This document shows, in pieces, positions 62,865 through 64,000 of a stretch of 64,000 nt of DNA. The position numbers and the translations under genes were made by a program. The stretch comes from Myxococcota bacterium (GTDB taxonomy: Bacteria; Myxococcota_A; Polyangia; Polyangiales; Sandaracinaceae): NCBI GenBank assembly GCA_036149055.1, contig JAYZQJ010000014.1, positions 64,001 to 128,000 of the forward strand. Direction: 5' to 3'. Every line of letters starts with the position of its first letter. The stretch's first letter is position 1. The notes under the pieces are model-generated. The model was not told where the DNA came from and ran no database searches. It saw only the letters and a list, made by a program, of their open reading frames with translations.

Positions 62865-64000
62865 ATGACGCGACCCTTCTTTGCTTCCCTGTGTGTGCTC
62901 GCCCTCGCGGGCTGTGATGGCGAGATGCCCGTGGACCCCGACGCCGGCGTGATGGCGGACACGGGCCTGCCCGACTCCGGGTACGACGCGGGCCCGCCGC
63001 TCGCCTGCTCGGACCTCACGCGGATCGAGCCCGCGATGGGCGCCACCGAGTCCGTCATGTTCGACACGACGATGACCGAGACGCGCCCGCGCGACCTCGG
63101 CGTCGGCTGCGGCAACGACGACCCCGAGCTGCGCTGGGCGCCGCAGGAGGTCCTCGAGATCGTGGTGCCGGGCAGCGGCCCGGTGCAGGTCGAGGTGAAC
63201 ACCGCGTTCGCCGAGACCGACTTCTCGTTCAACACCGTCCTCCAGTTCCGCGACACGTGCGAGGCGGTGCCGAGCGGCATCATCCCGCCGAGCTGCTTCG
63301 ACGATCAGAGCCGCGAGGAGGCCCGCGCGCGCGGCGCCATCACCGTCGAGGGCGGCTCGACGATCTACGTCATCGTCACCGGCTACAGCGAGCCGCCCGC
63401 GGCGGCGATGCAGGTGGACGAGGGCCCGGTCCGCGTCGACGTGACCGTCACTCAGAACCAGGCGCCGACCCTCACGAGCGGCGCGCTGCTCCTCGCCGGC
63501 GACGACGTGCTCGTGGTCGCGCAGGGCAACGACCCCGAGGCCGACCCGCGCGGCGTGGCCGTCAACTTCTATGACCGCGCTGGCGCGCTCATCGACATCT
63601 ACGGCGACGGCGTCGCCACCGTCGACGGCGACGCCTTCCTCATCCCCTTCGACCCGCCCCCGATGATGGCCGACTTCGACGGCCGCGGCTTCGTGCCCTC
63701 GAGCGCGGTCAACCTCGGCCCGTTCATCCGGGCCAACATGATCCCGCGGGTCGGCCTGCGCGTGTACGACGGCGGCTGGGCGATCAGCGACATGCTGATG
63801 GTCGACGTCGCCGACGCGGTCGAGGTCGGCCTCGGCGAGGCCTGCGGCACCGAGGCGGTGTGCCGCCAGGAGATGCGCTGCGTCGACGGCCTCTGCGAGC
63901 CCACCCCGAGCGCGGCCGCCGTCTGCGACGCGGCGGTGCCCTTCGACATGCTGATGCCGATGGGCGACACGTCGGCCTCGCAGACCCTCGCGAGCACCGT
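62865..64000 (+). CDS. lipoprotein, 3'-truncated by window edge (absent from ORF track)
   Basis: GAGGAG RBS; MTRPFFASLCVLALAGCDGEMPVDPDAG; frame appears open to window end with host-like codon usage. Confidence 0.8.
   Translation, partial: MTRPFFASLCVLALAGCDGEMPVDPDAGVMADTGLPDSGYDAGPPLACSDLTRIEPAMGATESVMFDTTMTETRPRDLGVGCGNDDPELRWAPQEVLEIVVPGSGPVQVEVNTAFAETDFSFNTVLQFRDTCEAVPSGIIPPSCFDDQSREEARARGAITVEGGSTIYVIVTGYSEPPAAAMQVDEGPVRVDVTVTQNQAPTLTSGALLLAGDDVLVVAQGNDPEADPRGVAVNFYDRAGALIDIYGDGVATVDGDAFLIPFDPPPMMADFDGRGFVPSSAVNLGPFIRANMIPRVGLRVYDGGWAISDMLMVDVADAVEVGLGEACGTEAVCRQEMRCVDGLCEPTPSAAAVCDAAVPFDMLMPMGDTSASQTLAST

Overview
Very high-GC bacterial DNA whose gene content points to a myxobacterium, probably Polyangiales/Sandaracinaceae-like (inferred from MYXO-CTERM-type tails, many 'lipobox + DAG-linker' Cys-rich lipoproteins, and an FHA-sigma54 activator with Ser/Thr kinases). 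About 50 real CDSs are present; most long ORFs in the track are GC-rich shadow frames. Housekeeping genes (bolA-grxD, rdgB, HugZ-like, YihY, SulP, DUF62) are interspersed with secreted and surface proteins. Highlights: (1) a compositionally atypical four-gene cassette at 40645-43823 (membrane Ser/Thr kinase, ECF sigma, a His-rich GRDP-like protein ending in tandem CWHxC motifs, and an overlapping TauD-type dioxygenase), my best candidate for an undescribed peptide-modification or metal-response system; (2) a cobalamin riboswitch with an RBS-sequestering hairpin controlling an uncharacterised lipoprotein; (3) a coupled FHA-EBP/kinase/TPR cluster with a visible sigma54 promoter and a palindromic candidate enhancer; (4) a DUF222-like HNH gene with a LexA-type box; (5) an insertion flanked by a duplicated gene 3' end; (6) an 11-12-haem lipoprotein cytochrome; (7) a redoxin / beta-barrel (CSGGVC) / redoxin operon. 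No rRNA, tRNA, CRISPR array, transposase or integrase was recognised. Family assignments come from motif recognition by eye, not database searches.
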